Shown one piece after another: positions 63,091-64,000 of a stretch of 64,000 bases of DNA. The position numbers and the translations under genes are program-made. The DNA is from an uncultured delta proteobacterium (GTDB lineage: Bacteria; Desulfobacterota; Binatia; JACPRU01). The notes under the pieces were generated by a model. It saw only the letters and a program-made list of their open reading frames with translations, did not search any database and was not told the origin of the DNA. The stretch's first letter is position 1. Every line of letters starts with the position of its first letter. Where the stretch lies: NCBI GenBank assembly GCA_963745025.1, contig CAVUWD010000010.1:160001-224000 (forward strand), written 5' to 3'.

Positions 63091-63849
63091 GTGACGGATT
63101 GCGAGACATCGGCAGGGCAGCTCGTCCTCGAGGCGCGCGACCTTTCGGTGACGATCGGGTCGGAGGAGATCGTCTCGGGTGTGTCACTGACTCTGCGCCG
63201 CGGGGAGGTCCTAGCGCTGATCGGGCCGAACGGGGCGGGGAAGACCGTCCTGCTGCGGGCCCTCCTCGGTCTCGTGCCGTACTCGGGAGAGGTGCATTGG
63301 CGAGAAGGGGTTCGCTGCGGCTATGTCCCGCAGCGGCTCACGGTCGACCGCTCGATACCGCTCACCGTTCGGGAGTTTCTGCTCCTCAAGTCACCGCGCT
63401 TCTGGTTTCCGAGCCGGAGTGCGATCGCGGACCTAAAGCACGAGCTGGACCTCGTGGGCCTCTCCACCGACCTCCTCCGCAAGTCACTCGGCGAGCTCTC
63501 CGGCGGACACTTGCAGCGGATTCTCATTGCCTGGGCGATGCTCGGTCACCCCGACGTGCTTCTATTCGACGAGCCGACGGCGAGCGTCGACCTCGGATTC
63601 CAGGATACCGTTTACAACCTCGTCCGGCGGATGCAGCGGGAACGGGGAACGGCCATCCTTCTCATCTCGCACGACCTGAACGTCGTCTATCGTCATGCCG
63701 ACCACGTAATGTGCCTGAACAAGAAGGTGCTGTGCTACGGCCGCCCGCGCGACGTCCTCAATGCGGAGAGTCTGGCGCGCCTATACGGCGAGGTGGCCTT
63801 CTACGAGCACGATCACGCGAATGCTCCGATGATGCAGTCGCAAACGTGA
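63091..63849 (+). CDS. znuC: Zn/Mn ABC transporter ATP-binding subunit
   Basis: GPNGAGKT, GYVPQ, LSGG, FDEPT and ISHDL motifs; C-terminal YEHDH. Confidence 0.88.
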   Translation: MTDCETSAGQLVLEARDLSVTIGSEEIVSGVSLTLRRGEVLALIGPNGAGKTVLLRALLGLVPYSGEVHWREGVRCGYVPQRLTVDRSIPLTVREFLLLKSPRFWFPSRSAIADLKHELDLVGLSTDLLRKSLGELSGGHLQRILIAWAMLGHPDVLLFDEPTASVDLGFQDTVYNLVRRMQRERGTAILLISHDLNVVYRHADHVMCLNKKVLCYGRPRDVLNAESLARLYGEVAFYEHDHANAPMMQSQT

Positions 63850-64000
63850 TGGGACCCGGCCTGGCACAGAGCCTCGTCATGGCGGGCGCCGTCGGCACGG
63901 CGTCGGGAGCGATCGGCGCGTTCGTCATCCTGAGGAGAATGGCACTCGTCGGCGACGCTCTCTCCCATGTGGCGCTGCCTGGGATCGCCGTGGCGATCCT
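63849..64000 (+). CDS. znuB: Zn/Mn ABC transporter permease (partial)
   Basis: GAFVILRRMALVGDALSHVALPGIA; TGATG overlap with znuC. Confidence 0.88.
   Translation, partial: MGPGLAQSLVMAGAVGTASGAIGAFVILRRMALVGDALSHVALPGIAVAI

Overview
High-GC bacterial DNA. The gene content and sigma-54 usage suggest a Deltaproteobacteria-like/Binatota soil organism, but that is inference. About 65 coding regions; no rRNA, tRNA, CRISPR array or transposase seen. 1-14 kb: metabolic genes (amidase, MFS transporter, PPi-dependent Pfk, a StyC-like membrane protein, enoyl-CoA hydratase, TPP keto-acid decarboxylase) and a pqqABCDE operon. Its pqqA is below the ORF-track cutoff, and its pqqE 5' end carries a 2x63-bp repeat insertion. 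~14-63 kb: a large stress/hypoxia-type island with a FixL-like heme-PAS kinase, a hemerythrin-like protein, 4 CBS proteins, 3 USPs, 2 Hsp20, an orphan GroEL, HPF-CSD, Pcm-erythromycin esterase, nadE/pncB/prs, glgP, an acsA-pdhABC-ACP operon, lipid-modifying enzymes (split CFA-synthase-like methyltransferase plus GGR-like reductase, ACP-FAAL-PlsC fusion, CarS-like protein) and a cytoplasmic streptavidin homologue whose C-tail contains an HPM motif. The main unannotated signal is 13 sigma-54 (-24/-12) promoter motifs, most accompanied by paired palindromic boxes (TTCYC-N6-GRGAA, 30-32 bp apart). This suggests the island is one sigma-54 regulon whose gene content resembles the mycobacterial DosR dormancy regulon. 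Several single-base frameshifts sit in short homopolymers and are probably assembly errors; other remnants look like true deletions. All calls are from motif recognition by eye; no database searches were run.
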